Positions 1-9,790 are shown, counted from the first letter of the stretch. The stretch is 64,000 nucleotides of DNA from a bacterium (GCA_046331705.1 JAXLQJ010000031.1:1-64000), one strand, 5' to 3'. The notes: generated from the letters alone by a model not told the origin. A program made the numbers and translations.

Positions 1-1
1 G

Positions 2-304
2 TGGGCCGATCCGTGGCTCTCGTGGCTGCCCTTCGCCGTTGCGCTCGGGATTCATCCGCTGCTCTTCCCCTGGGGGCGACGCGAGCGACGTCTCGCGGCG
101 ATCGCCGCCGTGGCGGGCCCGCTCGCCGAGGCAGCGCTGATCCAGGTCGGCGGCGTGCACGCGTACGCGCTGGGATGGCTGGGCGGGGTCCCGCTGTGGA
201 TCGCGCTGTGGTGGGTGCTCGCGGTCCTGATCTGGGGCGAGCTCTCGCGTGAGCTGGTGGTGCGCCTCGCGTCGACTGCCGTCGGCGTCCCCGGCGCGCG
301 CTGA
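2..304 (+). CDS. Membrane protein, 5'-truncated by window edge (DUF2878-like)
   Basis: Frame 2 is open from base 2: WADPWLSWLPFAVALG...GPLAEAALIQVGGVHAY...GVPLWIALWWVLA; hydrophobic helices. Confidence 0.55.
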   Translation, partial: WADPWLSWLPFAVALGIHPLLFPWGRRERRLAAIAAVAGPLAEAALIQVGGVHAYALGWLGGVPLWIALWWVLAVLIWGELSRELVVRLASTAVGVPGAR

Positions 305-450
305 GCTCGCCGCGACTCACGCGCGCGGCGAGGTGCGCCGCTGGGTTTTCGCGCGTGGCGCTGCGACCGTATGCTCGCCAGGGATCACGCGACTCTCGAT
401 CTCGGCTCGCGAACGCGAGCCGTCGCCGATCCCGGCGCGAGGAGCGAAGG

Positions 451-1089
451 GTGCTGAAGGTCGGCGGCTACGTGCAGGTGCGCTACCTGGGGCGCGACTC
501 CGACGATGTCGCGTACTCGGGCGTGGTGGTGGACGCCACGCGCTCGCGCGCGACGATCGAGCTGGTCAACACGTCGCAGCCGGTGCTCGCCGACCACTGT
601 GAGATCCGCGCGAAGGCCGGTGCCGACGTGCACTGCTACTCCTGTCGCGTCCTGGTCGCGCACGAGGGCGGAACGGGACGCGGTCTAAAGCTCTCGGTGG
701 AGGTGCTCCGCGAGTCGCTCGACGTCTACGTGCGCGAGGTGTTCCGGCACACGGTTCCCGACGGGGTGTTGACGGCGACGTTTGGCGCGGACCCGCGGTG
801 CCGCGTCGTGGCGATCAGCCCACACGGGATCGGCTTGCTGTGCGGTGCTGCCCACGAGGTCGGCAGCCAGGAGCTCGTCGAGCTGAGGCGCGACGCGGAC
901 GCGTGGCGCGGAGTGGCCGAGGTGCGCTACGTGCGCCCGCCCACCGCGCACGGCATCCATCACGGCCTGCTCGTGCCGCCCGGCGAGACGGCGCTGCGTC
1001 GCGGGCTGGGGGAGCTGAGCGCCTGGATCGAGCGCCTCAATCTGCAAGCGGCCGCGCGTGTTCGCGACCGCCTGTTCGAGCCGGGCTGA
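451..1089 (+). CDS. PilZ domain protein (putative c-di-GMP receptor)
   Basis: RxxxR (REVFR) and xxSxxG (AISPHG) PilZ-like motifs, EVRYVR...HGL beta-barrel end; GAGGAG RBS before GTG 451. Confidence 0.65.
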   Translation: MLKVGGYVQVRYLGRDSDDVAYSGVVVDATRSRATIELVNTSQPVLADHCEIRAKAGADVHCYSCRVLVAHEGGTGRGLKLSVEVLRESLDVYVREVFRHTVPDGVLTATFGADPRCRVVAISPHGIGLLCGAAHEVGSQELVELRRDADAWRGVAEVRYVRPPTAHGIHHGLLVPPGETALRRGLGELSAWIERLNLQAAARVRDRLFEPG

Positions 1090-2524
1090 CGCTCGCTCGC
1101 GCCGCGCCGCCTCGGCGCCGCCGGGACGCGAGCCCGCCGAGCGACGCGAGCACGACGCAGGTTCCGTCGCCGAGGGAGCCCGAAGGTGTGGCCGCGAGCG
1201 ATCCGCAGCCACTCGAGAGATCCACGTCGACCGGGGTCGTCCCCGACGCGACCACCACATTCGTGACGGTCCGGGTCGCGTAGCCGGTCGCCTGCACGGT
1301 GAGCGTGTAGGTGCCGTTGGGGACGATCATCCCGTACGTGCCATCGACCCCGGACGCGGTCTTCGATTGCTCGCCGGGCGCGGCCGTGACGGTGGCGCCG
1401 GCGAGGGGCGCGCCGTTGGCGCGAATCACGCCGGCAATCGTTCCTTCGGTGCCGCTCGGTGCCTGCTCGCCGACGAAGTAGATGGGATTCGTGAGGCAGT
1501 ACGGCGCGCCGCCTCCCGCTTGCCGCAGCTCGGCGCGGACGAAGGTGCGGTCGCTCGGTCCGAAGCTTCGCGTGGTCTCGTAGACGACGCCGTCGCCCAC
1601 CAGCAGGTCGAGCGACGTCTCCGTGGCGCCCTCGACGATGACCAGTCGATCGCCTGCTGCCGCGCCCTGGGCGACGACGCGATACGCGACGGGAGTCTCG
1701 GCCCCGCCCGCGCCCACGGGGATCACGTCGCCCACCGTCGATTCGAAGGTGTCGTCGAGATCGCGATTCGCCTCGAGCATCACGCGCGGCCCAGCAGGCG
1801 CGGCGACGATGACCACGTGGCCGTCCCGAACGCCGTCCATCATGTCGCCTGGGGCGTTGCTCTCGCTCAGCACCAAGTTGGTGGGCAGCTCGCTCGGCGC
1901 GAACCAGAAATGCGAGTCGCTTCCACCCACCGCGCTCACGTGCTCTCCCGCCTGCAGCAACCACTGCCACCAGTCGAGCGCGAGCTCGTCAGTCGGGTCC
2001 CAGAACGACACCGACCACACCTCGATCGCGTCCACGCCGAGCCGCCGATCCGCCTCCCACGAGCCGGCGCGCGGGTGATTGGCGATCACGAGGCCGCCGC
2101 GGGCGTGGACCTCGGCCACCATCGCTTCCTTCGAGATCCCCGGCGTCACCTCGACGTCGGCGCCGAAATCGAGGACGCCCGCGTGGCCGCCGCCGCTCCA
2201 CTCCTCGCCGCAGATGGGCTGAACCGCGCCCACTGGCGCGAAGCCCGGGTCGAAACAGCCGGCGATGGTGTTGTGGTCGGTGAGGGTGATGGCTCCCTCG
2301 AGTCCGTTGGCCGCCGCCACCTGGGCCGCGTGCTCGACGACTTGCGCCACCGTGGGCTTGAAGAACTCCCATCCGGCGTTGTCGGTGCTGTAGCTCGAGT
2401 GCACGTGGTTCAGGAGCGCTCGCCATTCGCTGGCCTCTGCCGCTGGCGCTCGCGCCACGATCATCGCGATCAGCACGGCGACTGCGGTGCGCGGGACGAC
2501 GGCCCAGCTCGCTCGGATCCTCAT
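1037..2524 (-). CDS. Secreted PHP-family (CehA/McbA-like) metallohydrolase with carboxypeptidase-regulatory-like domain and C-terminal sorting-like tail
   Basis: Signal peptide; HVHS, TDHN, GEEW, NHP, GGSDSH PHP motifs; GTIAGVI...PLAGATVT...DGTY...GTYTLTV domain; GC...hydrophobic...RRRR tail. Confidence 0.8.
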   Translation of the reverse strand: MRIRASWAVVPRTAVAVLIAMIVARAPAAEASEWRALLNHVHSSYSTDNAGWEFFKPTVAQVVEHAAQVAAANGLEGAITLTDHNTIAGCFDPGFAPVGAVQPICGEEWSGGGHAGVLDFGADVEVTPGISKEAMVAEVHARGGLVIANHPRAGSWEADRRLGVDAIEVWSVSFWDPTDELALDWWQWLLQAGEHVSAVGGSDSHFWFAPSELPTNLVLSESNAPGDMMDGVRDGHVVIVAAPAGPRVMLEANRDLDDTFESTVGDVIPVGAGGAETPVAYRVVAQGAAAGDRLVIVEGATETSLDLLVGDGVVYETTRSFGPSDRTFVRAELRQAGGGAPYCLTNPIYFVGEQAPSGTEGTIAGVIRANGAPLAGATVTAAPGEQSKTASGVDGTYGMIVPNGTYTLTVQATGYATRTVTNVVVASGTTPVDVDLSSGCGSLAATPSGSLGDGTCVVLASLGGLASRRRRGGAARASVSPARTGGREHARPLAD

Positions 2525-2609
2525 GGTCCCCCTCCTCGTCTCTCCACGACTCTACCGCTTCGCTGCCCTGTTACGCTCTGCGCCTTTCTTGCCCTGGAAG
2601 CGATGCCTC

Positions 2610-4283
2610 ATGGCCACAGCGCTGCCGCCCACCCCGCCCGCCGCCATCGAGGTCGAGCCGTCGGTGTGGACGCCGTTTCGGCATCCCCTCTACCGCGCGA
2701 TCTGGGGCGCGTCGCTGGTCTCGTTCGTCGGAAGCTGGATGCACGAGATCGGCGCCGCGTGGTTGATGACGTCGCTCGCGCCGTCGCCGCTCATGGTGTC
2801 GCTGGTCCAGACCGCCGGCACCGCGCCGATGCTGCTGCTCGCGTTGCCGGCCGGCGCGATCGCCGACGTCGTCGATCGGCGGCGGCTGTTGCTCGGAACC
2901 CAGCTGTGGATGGTGGCGGCTGCGGCGACGCTCGGATTCCTCACGACCGGCGGTCACACCACGGCCGGCGTGCTGCTCGCGATGACGTTCGCGCTGGGTG
3001 TCGGCAACGCGCTCAACGGTCCCGCGTGGCAAGCGCTCACTCCCGATCTGGTGCCGCGTGCCGAGCTGCCGGCGGCGGTGTCGCTGGGCGCGATCTCCGT
3101 GAACCTCGCGCGCGCCGTCGGCCCCGCGCTCGGTGGTTTCGTGGTGGGGCGCTGGGGGCCGGGCGGGGCCTTCTTCGTCAACGCCGCGTCGTTCCTCGCG
3201 GTGATCGTGGTGCTGGCGAGCTGGCGCCGCACACCACGCGCGAGCCTGGTGCCCGCCGAGCGCGTCGCCGGGGCGATGCGCGCCGCCGTGCGCTACGTCC
3301 AGAACGCGCCCGAGCTGAGCGCGGTGCTGGTGCGAACCGGGCTCTTCGTCGCGTGCGCCAGCGCCACCTGGGGGCTCATGCCCTTGGTGGCACGCCAGAA
3401 GCTCCATCTCGACGCCCACGGCTTCGGCTTGCTGCTGGGAGCGCTCGGCCTCGGTGCCGTGGCGGGCGCCGCCGCGCTGCCCACCGTGCGCACGCGGCTC
3501 TCGGCCGAGGGACGGATCGCGCTCGGCACGCTGGCGTTCGCGAGCTCGGCGGTGGCGCTGGGGATGCTCCGTCAGCCAGTGCTCGTGGGCTGCGCGATGG
3601 CGGTGGCCGGCGGCGGTTGGCTGACCGCGATGGCCACGTTCAACGTGCTCACCCAGACCAGCGTGCCGGGCTGGATCCGCGCGCGCGCGATGGCGCTCTA
3701 CATGCTGGTCTTCCAGGGCGGGCTGGCGATCGGGGCGGCGATGTGGGGCGCGATTGCGGAGCGGATCGGGCTCGACACGACCTTGCTCGTCGCCGCCGCG
3801 GGCTTGCTCGCGGGCGTCGTTCTGGGGCGGCCGTTTCGCGTCGCCGATCGCCGCGCCGAGGCGCTCGAGCCGTCACGGCTCTATCCCGCGCCCACGCCCG
3901 CGGCGCCCCTCGACTCGGACCGCGGGCCGGTGCTGGTCACGATCGAGTACCGGATCGATCCCGCGCGCGCCGACGCGTTTCGCGCCGCCGCGGAGGACAT
4001 GGGCGCGATCCGCCGCCGCGACGGCGCGTATGCGTGGGGCCTCTTCGGCGACGTGGCCGACCCGTCGCGACAGATGGAGGCCTTCGTCGTGGAGTCGTGG
4101 GTCGAGCACGTGCGTCAGCACGACCGCATGACCTTCGCCGATCGGGAGGTGCAAGCACGGATGCGGGTGTTCCACCTGCCGAGCGATCCCCCGGTGGTTC
4201 ATCACCTCGTGAGCGGGTTTCCCACCGGCGATCGCGACGAGCTCGCCGCGAACGGCGGCGCAGGCGGCACCTCCGAGCGATGA
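2610..4283 (+). CDS. MFS transporter (MFS_3/DUF894 type with C-terminal soluble domain)
   Basis: PFRHPLYRAIW, GAIADVVDRRR motif A, about 12 TM helices, GPVLVTIEYRID...RRRDGA...ESWVEHVRQHDR C-terminal domain. Confidence 0.9.
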   Translation: MATALPPTPPAAIEVEPSVWTPFRHPLYRAIWGASLVSFVGSWMHEIGAAWLMTSLAPSPLMVSLVQTAGTAPMLLLALPAGAIADVVDRRRLLLGTQLWMVAAAATLGFLTTGGHTTAGVLLAMTFALGVGNALNGPAWQALTPDLVPRAELPAAVSLGAISVNLARAVGPALGGFVVGRWGPGGAFFVNAASFLAVIVVLASWRRTPRASLVPAERVAGAMRAAVRYVQNAPELSAVLVRTGLFVACASATWGLMPLVARQKLHLDAHGFGLLLGALGLGAVAGAAALPTVRTRLSAEGRIALGTLAFASSAVALGMLRQPVLVGCAMAVAGGGWLTAMATFNVLTQTSVPGWIRARAMALYMLVFQGGLAIGAAMWGAIAERIGLDTTLLVAAAGLLAGVVLGRPFRVADRRAEALEPSRLYPAPTPAAPLDSDRGPVLVTIEYRIDPARADAFRAAAEDMGAIRRRDGAYAWGLFGDVADPSRQMEAFVVESWVEHVRQHDRMTFADREVQARMRVFHLPSDPPVVHHLVSGFPTGDRDELAANGGAGGTSER

Positions 4284-4323
4284 CACGGCGTCCGAACGCG
4301 CGCAACCGGCGGCGAGCGCCGCG

Positions 4324-5079
4324 GTGACGGTCTCCGCCTTCACCACGCTGGTGCTCTTCGGCGCGGGGCTCGCGGCCGGCTTCGTCGACGCGATCGGCGG
4401 CGGCGGTGGGCTCATCGCCGTGCCGGCGCTCGTGTGGAGCGGGCTCCCGCCGCACGTGGCGCTCGGCACCAACAAATTCCAATCGTCGCTCGGCACCACG
4501 GTGGCGGTGTGGCGCTATGCGCGCGCCGGATGGGTCGAGTGGTCGCGGGTGCGGCTCGCGGTCGTGGCGTCGTTCGGTGCGTCGCTGCTGGGCACCGCGT
4601 GCGTGTCGCGCGTCGATCCGAGCGCGTTGCGCGCGATCATCCCGGTGCTGTTGCTCGCCATCGCCGGCTGGATGGCGCTCCAGCCGACGCTCGGCGCGGA
4701 GCCGCGCGCGCCGCGTGTCGCGCCGCGCACCTTCGCGCTCGGTGGCGGTCTCTTGCTCGGCTTCTACGACGGCTTCTTCGGCCCGGGCACGGGCTCGTTC
4801 TGGACGGTGGCGTGCGTGATGGTGTTGGGGCTCGAGCTGCGCGGCGCCACCGCGTACACCAAAGCCGCGAACCTCGCGAGCAACGTGGCCGCGCTCCTGG
4901 CATTCGCGGCGTTGGGGCGAATCGCCTGGGGTGTGGGGCTCGTCATGATCGCGGGCCAGATCGTGGGCGCGCGCCTCGGCGCGGGCCTGGTGGTGCGCCG
5001 TGGCGCGCGCCTGATTCGGCCGGTTTTTCTCGCGGTGGTGGTGACGCTGGCGCTCAAGCTGCTGCTCGAGCGAACGTGA
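4324..5079 (+). CDS. TSUP (TauE/SafE) family transporter
   Basis: AGFVDAIGGGGGLI, ALGTNK, GFYDGFFGPGTG signature motifs. Confidence 0.92.
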   Translation: MTVSAFTTLVLFGAGLAAGFVDAIGGGGGLIAVPALVWSGLPPHVALGTNKFQSSLGTTVAVWRYARAGWVEWSRVRLAVVASFGASLLGTACVSRVDPSALRAIIPVLLLAIAGWMALQPTLGAEPRAPRVAPRTFALGGGLLLGFYDGFFGPGTGSFWTVACVMVLGLELRGATAYTKAANLASNVAALLAFAALGRIAWGVGLVMIAGQIVGARLGAGLVVRRGARLIRPVFLAVVVTLALKLLLERT

Positions 5080-5094
5080 GCGAGCGAACGTGAG
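5067..5094. repeat. 14-bp perfect tandem duplication CGAGCGAACGTGAG x2
   Basis: Copies at 5067-5080 and 5081-5094 across the TSUP stop / amidohydrolase start junction. Confidence 0.85.
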
Positions 5095-6778
5095 CGGCGG
5101 TCGGATCCTCCACCACGCGCGGGTGCGTGTCCTCGACGACGCGGGTAGCGTCGCGGAGGCGATTGGTTTTCGGGACGGCCGCGTGGCGGCGGTGGGAGCG
5201 CTCGGCGAGGTGCGTGCCGCCTTCGCGGCACCCGTCGAGGAGATCGATCTCGGTGGCACCGTCGTCGTGCCCGGCTTCGTCGACGCCCACCATCACATCG
5301 GCCTCGCGGTCGCACACGGCGGTCTTCCCGAGGTGCGCTGGCCAGCCTGTCGCTCGGTGGCCGACCTGCTCGCGGTGGTGCGAGCCCAGGCCGCCGTCAC
5401 GCCGCCGGGGCGATGGGTTGCGGTCTACGGCTACGACGAAGCGCGTCTCGCGGAGCTGCGTCGACCCACGCGCGAGGAGCTCGACGCCGCGGCCCCCGAG
5501 CATCCGACGCTTGCGATCCACCACAGCTTCCACGAGGGGGTGCTGAGCTCACGCGGCCTCGCGGCGCTCGGCCTCGACAGCGGTAGTCGCGAGCCCGAGG
5601 GCGGGCGGCTCGGCCGCACACGCTCGGGCGCGCTCGACGGCTACGTCGCGGAGCGTTGCTTCGGCCCCGCCGAGGCCGCGGTGCGCGCGGCGCTGCTGGG
5701 TACGGATCGAGAAGGGTGGTTCCGCGCCGCCAACGAGTATCAGCGGCGGGTTCTCGCGGCGGGGATCACGCACCTCGCCGATGCGGCCGTGCCGCCCTCG
5801 CTCGAGGCGCTCTACCTCGAATGGCAGCGGCGCGGCGAGCTGGCGCTCGGCATCACCATGATGCCGCTCGCCGAGAGTCTCTTCGCGGCGCCGTTCGAGC
5901 GCCTCGGCGGCCGGCCCTCCGGCTGGCGCGAGGGTCGGCTCACGATCGGAGCGATGAAGCTCTTCGCCGACGGCGGCACGAGCTGCGCGCTTTGCTTTCG
6001 GCTGCGCGACGCCGTGCGGCAATTCGCGGACATGCTGGCGCGCAGCCTTCGCGAGCGCTCGACGGTGGCGTGGCGGCTCGCCCGCGATCAGCCGTTTCGC
6101 ATCGACTCGCGGCTCGCGGTGCACACCGGCTTCCGGCTCTTCGACCCGCCCGCCCTCGAGCGAATGCTGGCCGCGGCGCACGCGCGTGGCTTCGGCGTGG
6201 CGGTGCATGCCGGCGGCAACGAGGCGGTCGAAGCGCTGTCGCGGCTGTGGGGGAAGACGTCGGGCGCGAGCACGCCGCGGCGGATCGAGCACCTCTTCTT
6301 CGCGAGTCGGGAGACCGCGCGTCTCGCTCGCGAGGCCGGCGCGCACGCTGTCGTCCAGCCTGCGCACCTTCTCGAGACGGGCGGCATCGTGCTCGCGAGC
6401 GGTCTGCCGCGATCGCTCGCATTCCATCCGTATCGAACGCTCGCGGACGCGGGCGTAGGCCTCGCGGGCAGCTCGGACGCACCGGTCAACTCGTTCGACG
6501 TCTGGACCGCGGTGCGCGCTGCCGTGGAGCGCCGACTCGCCGACGGCCGCGCCGTTTTCCCGAGCCAGGCGCTCGCGGTGCACGAGGTGTTGCGCATGTA
6601 CACCCGTGGCTCCGCCGCGGCGCTCGGCATGGAGGGCGAGATCGGCACGCTTGCGCCGGGCGCCCGCGCCGATGCTCTCGTGCTCGGCGCCGATCCTTGG
6701 ACGCTGCCGGCCGAGCGCCTCACCGAGGCGAGCATCCTGGCCACCTACACCGCCGGGCAGCTCGAGTTCGAGGCGTGA
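5090..6778 (+). CDS. Amidohydrolase 3 family (YtcJ/NfdA-like)
   Basis: PGFVDAHHH, KLFADG, VHAGGN, RIEH, GSSDAP, GTLAPGARAD motifs. Confidence 0.88.
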   Translation: MSGGRILHHARVRVLDDAGSVAEAIGFRDGRVAAVGALGEVRAAFAAPVEEIDLGGTVVVPGFVDAHHHIGLAVAHGGLPEVRWPACRSVADLLAVVRAQAAVTPPGRWVAVYGYDEARLAELRRPTREELDAAAPEHPTLAIHHSFHEGVLSSRGLAALGLDSGSREPEGGRLGRTRSGALDGYVAERCFGPAEAAVRAALLGTDREGWFRAANEYQRRVLAAGITHLADAAVPPSLEALYLEWQRRGELALGITMMPLAESLFAAPFERLGGRPSGWREGRLTIGAMKLFADGGTSCALCFRLRDAVRQFADMLARSLRERSTVAWRLARDQPFRIDSRLAVHTGFRLFDPPALERMLAAAHARGFGVAVHAGGNEAVEALSRLWGKTSGASTPRRIEHLFFASRETARLAREAGAHAVVQPAHLLETGGIVLASGLPRSLAFHPYRTLADAGVGLAGSSDAPVNSFDVWTAVRAAVERRLADGRAVFPSQALAVHEVLRMYTRGSAAALGMEGEIGTLAPGARADALVLGADPWTLPAERLTEASILATYTAGQLEFEA

Positions 6779-6879
6779 CGCGCACGGGATCCGTCGCTCG
6801 CTCCACGGCGCCGTGGCGCGATTAGATTGCGCGAGATTCGATCACCGCGCGTTCGACCTCGCGCCCTGGAGCAACGCCC

Positions 6880-7968
6880 ATGTCCGACGCACCGAAGCGC
6901 CTCTCCAGCGTGGCCACCTACTCGTTGCTCGGCCGCAGCGGCTTGCGGGTGAGCCCGCTCTGCCTCGGCACCATGACCTTCGGCACCGAATGGGGCTGGG
7001 GCGCGCCGAAGGAGACCGCATTCGCGATCCTCACCCGCTACCTCGAAGCGGGCGGCAACTTCATCGACACCGCCGACGGCTACACCAACGGCACCAGCGA
7101 GTCGTTCATCGGTGAATACCTCGCGGAGCGCCAGCTTCGCGACGCGGTGGTGCTCGCCACCAAGTTCACGTTCAACGCGCGGCCTGGGGACCCCAATGCC
7201 GGCGGCAACGGTCGCAAGAACATCCACCGGGCGCTCGAAGGCTCGCTGCGCCGGCTCAAGACCGACTACATCGATCTCTATTGGCTCCATGCGTGGGACG
7301 GGATGACGCCCGTCGAAGAGGTGCTCTCGACCCTCGACGCGCTGGTGCGCGCAGGCAAGGTCCGCTACGTCGGGCTTTCCGACGTGCCCGCGTGGTACCT
7401 GGCGCGCGCGCAGACGATCGCCGAGCTGCGAGGCCTCGAACGCGTGAGCGCGCTGCAGCTCGAGTACTCGCTGGTCGAGCGCAACATCGAGCGCGAGCAC
7501 ATCCCCGCCGCGCTCGAGCTGGGCATGGGCGTGTGTCCGTGGAGCCCGCTCGCGAGCGGGATGCTCACCGGCAAGTACAAGTCCCGCGGCGACACGCTGG
7601 AAGGGCAGGGGCGGCTCGCCGCCGTGCGCGGCAGCGGCAATCCCGGCTTCGAGAAGCTCTTCACCGAGCGCAACTGGCGGATCGTCGACGCACTGGCCGC
7701 CGTCGCGAAGGAGCTCGGCAAGAGCCCCACGCAGACCGCCCTCAACTGGATCACCAATCGGCCTGCCGTGACCTCCACCATCCTCGGCGCCACGCGCTTG
7801 GAGCAGCTCGAAGAGAACCTGCGCGCCCTCGAATTCTCGATACCGCCCGAGCTCGCGAACCACCTCGACGCCGCGAGCCGCCCCGAGGTCGTCCACCCCT
7901 ATCTCTTCTTCGGTCCCGAGATGCGCTCCCGCATCAACGGCGGCACTACCGTCCTGCGCCAGCGTTGA
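6880..7968 (+). CDS. Aldo/keto reductase
   Basis: LGRSGLRVSPLCLGTM, FIDTADGY, LATK, DYIDLYWLH, GKVRYVGLS. Confidence 0.95.
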   Translation: MSDAPKRLSSVATYSLLGRSGLRVSPLCLGTMTFGTEWGWGAPKETAFAILTRYLEAGGNFIDTADGYTNGTSESFIGEYLAERQLRDAVVLATKFTFNARPGDPNAGGNGRKNIHRALEGSLRRLKTDYIDLYWLHAWDGMTPVEEVLSTLDALVRAGKVRYVGLSDVPAWYLARAQTIAELRGLERVSALQLEYSLVERNIEREHIPAALELGMGVCPWSPLASGMLTGKYKSRGDTLEGQGRLAAVRGSGNPGFEKLFTERNWRIVDALAAVAKELGKSPTQTALNWITNRPAVTSTILGATRLEQLEENLRALEFSIPPELANHLDAASRPEVVHPYLFFGPEMRSRINGGTTVLRQR

Positions 7969-8075
7969 TCACGCCGCCGCTCGCGATCGCTGACCGGCGG
8001 GACCGGCTCCCGACGGTCCGCGGAGCGCGACGAAAAGCCACGGACCGGTCGCCCGCGGCGGGAGCCCTCCCCTGC

Positions 8076-9032
8076 TCACGGCACGATGGGGTACGAACCA
8101 AGCTGGATCGAACAAGCGTCCGAAACCCAGATGACGGGACTCTGCGGGTACCTCGGACAGCAGGCTGCCGACGCGCAATCCCCATCCCAAGGGGTGCAGA
8201 AGTAAGCCCACGCGAGGGTGTCGTCGGGCAGCCGCTGCGCGACGCCTGCGATCACCTCGTTGGCTGGCAGTGACAGGGAGCGGGCCACCGCATCCCAGTC
8301 AGACCCGATCACCTCGAGGCGATCCGCCGCGGTGGCGTTGGCGCAGTAGCCGTTTTGCTCGTAGCAGGCGTACGCAGGCGACGCGGGACCGAGTGTGAGG
8401 GTCCGAGCTGCGAGCAACAAGCTCGTCGGACCAGCTTCGACCGAGCCACACCAAGCATCGAGGTTCACGGGCTTCGGGAAGCGCAGATGACATCCCGCGC
8501 CGTCGCACTCGACCCACCCCCAATCCGCGGGCAGGAGTGTGCTGAAGTGAATGCGACCCGTGGCATCGAACTGCGCCGGCGTGCCCCGCAGACCGTGGAG
8601 ATGCGTGGGCACGTTCCAGCAGCACAAGTCGTCACGACACGTCATGCGATAGAGATCGGGCGGCTCCACTCCCGCGAGGATCAGTCCTCCGAATCCGCCG
8701 TCGTCGACTCGGCGGTACGGTGCCAACCAGCCGGTATCGTCGGCCGCCAAGTACGGCGCGTGGCTGTCGACGTCGAGATCGAAGCTCGCCGTGGCGAGGC
8801 AGACCCGTGTACCACCGAAGCCCACCCCGCCGTTCATCGCGAACGACCATTCGGTGAGGTTCTCGGCCTCGAAATCGGCCGCGAAGATGAGCGTCGGTGG
8901 GCGAGCCGCGCGCGTGGGCAGCGCCGGCGGCATGGCGAGCATGGCCATCGAGATCCACACCGCGCGCCCAGCCCGCGACGACCGCGTCAGGCGGTCCGCG
9001 GGCGTCGGGTGGGACGAACGAGGTTGTGACAC
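8076..9032 (-). CDS. Hypothetical Cys-rich secreted protein (start uncertain)
   Basis: Hydrophobic N-region, IFAADFEAENLTEWS motif, many Cys and Trp, protein-like composition. Confidence 0.55.
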   Translation of the reverse strand: MSQPRSSHPTPADRLTRSSRAGRAVWISMAMLAMPPALPTRAARPPTLIFAADFEAENLTEWSFAMNGGVGFGGTRVCLATASFDLDVDSHAPYLAADDTGWLAPYRRVDDGGFGGLILAGVEPPDLYRMTCRDDLCCWNVPTHLHGLRGTPAQFDATGRIHFSTLLPADWGWVECDGAGCHLRFPKPVNLDAWCGSVEAGPTSLLLAARTLTLGPASPAYACYEQNGYCANATAADRLEVIGSDWDAVARSLSLPANEVIAGVAQRLPDDTLAWAYFCTPWDGDCASAACCPRYPQSPVIWVSDACSIQLGSYPIVP

Positions 9033-9286
9033 GTGAATCACAGCGATTTCGGCTCTCTCCGTGCGACGCGCCACGAACGCAATCTCGGTCATGCGCGGTC
9101 AAGCGGGCGTCGATTCCCCAGCCATCCCACTCCGCCGGCCGCCATGCCGAAAGCCGCGACGACCGCGCTCCCTCGACGAAGCGAGAGTCGAGAGCGATCC
9201 GCAGCGACTCGATGCGAGCCCACTCGAGACTGCCATCGATCGGATCGGGTCAGACGGCTTCGGATCTCGTGGCGAGGCGGCGAAGC

Positions 9287-9790
9287 TCAAAACCCGATGC
9301 TGGCCCACACGCCGGGCACGAAGAACGCGTTGCCGTCGTCGAGGGCGCGGTAGGAGACCTGGCCGCTGACGCGCACGATCGCGAGGTCGATGCCGACGCC
9401 CGCGCCCAAGTCCACGTACACGCCGCTCTGATCGTCCGGGCCGGCGATCTCCCAGTAATAACCCGGTCCGGCGGACGCGTACGCTTCGAGCGGACCGAGC
9501 GGCAGGGTCAGGATCGCGGACAGGTCCACGAAGTTGGTGTCCGGTAGCTCGTCGTTGCCCGGCGTGAAGATCCGGCTGTAGCCGAGACCCAGGCCGAACC
9601 AGTTGGTGAAGCCGTAGGTGAGGTCGGCGCCGACGGTCAGCGACGGGGAGCTGTCGCCGCCGGAGGTCACCCACGCCGCGCCCACGAAGGGGCTGAAGCC
9701 GAGACCCTCGTGTGCCTCGGCGGATGACGCCGCGGCCATCGTCGCCAGAACGATGACCACCACTCGCCGCGAGATGGATCGCATGCTCAT
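9287..9790 (-). CDS. Small outer-membrane beta-barrel protein
   Basis: GGAGG RBS, signal peptide ending AEA, alternating beta-strand pattern, C-terminal Phe (WASIGF). Confidence 0.75.
   Translation of the reverse strand: MSMRSISRRVVVIVLATMAAASSAEAHEGLGFSPFVGAAWVTSGGDSSPSLTVGADLTYGFTNWFGLGLGYSRIFTPGNDELPDTNFVDLSAILTLPLGPLEAYASAGPGYYWEIAGPDDQSGVYVDLGAGVGIDLAIVRVSGQVSYRALDDGNAFFVPGVWASIGF

Noticed and set aside
9025-9042. CRP site TGTGA-CACGTGAA-TCACA
   Set aside because: Spacer is 8 nt instead of 6 and it may overlap the uncertain start of the adjacent gene; it could bind another regulator but is unsupported.
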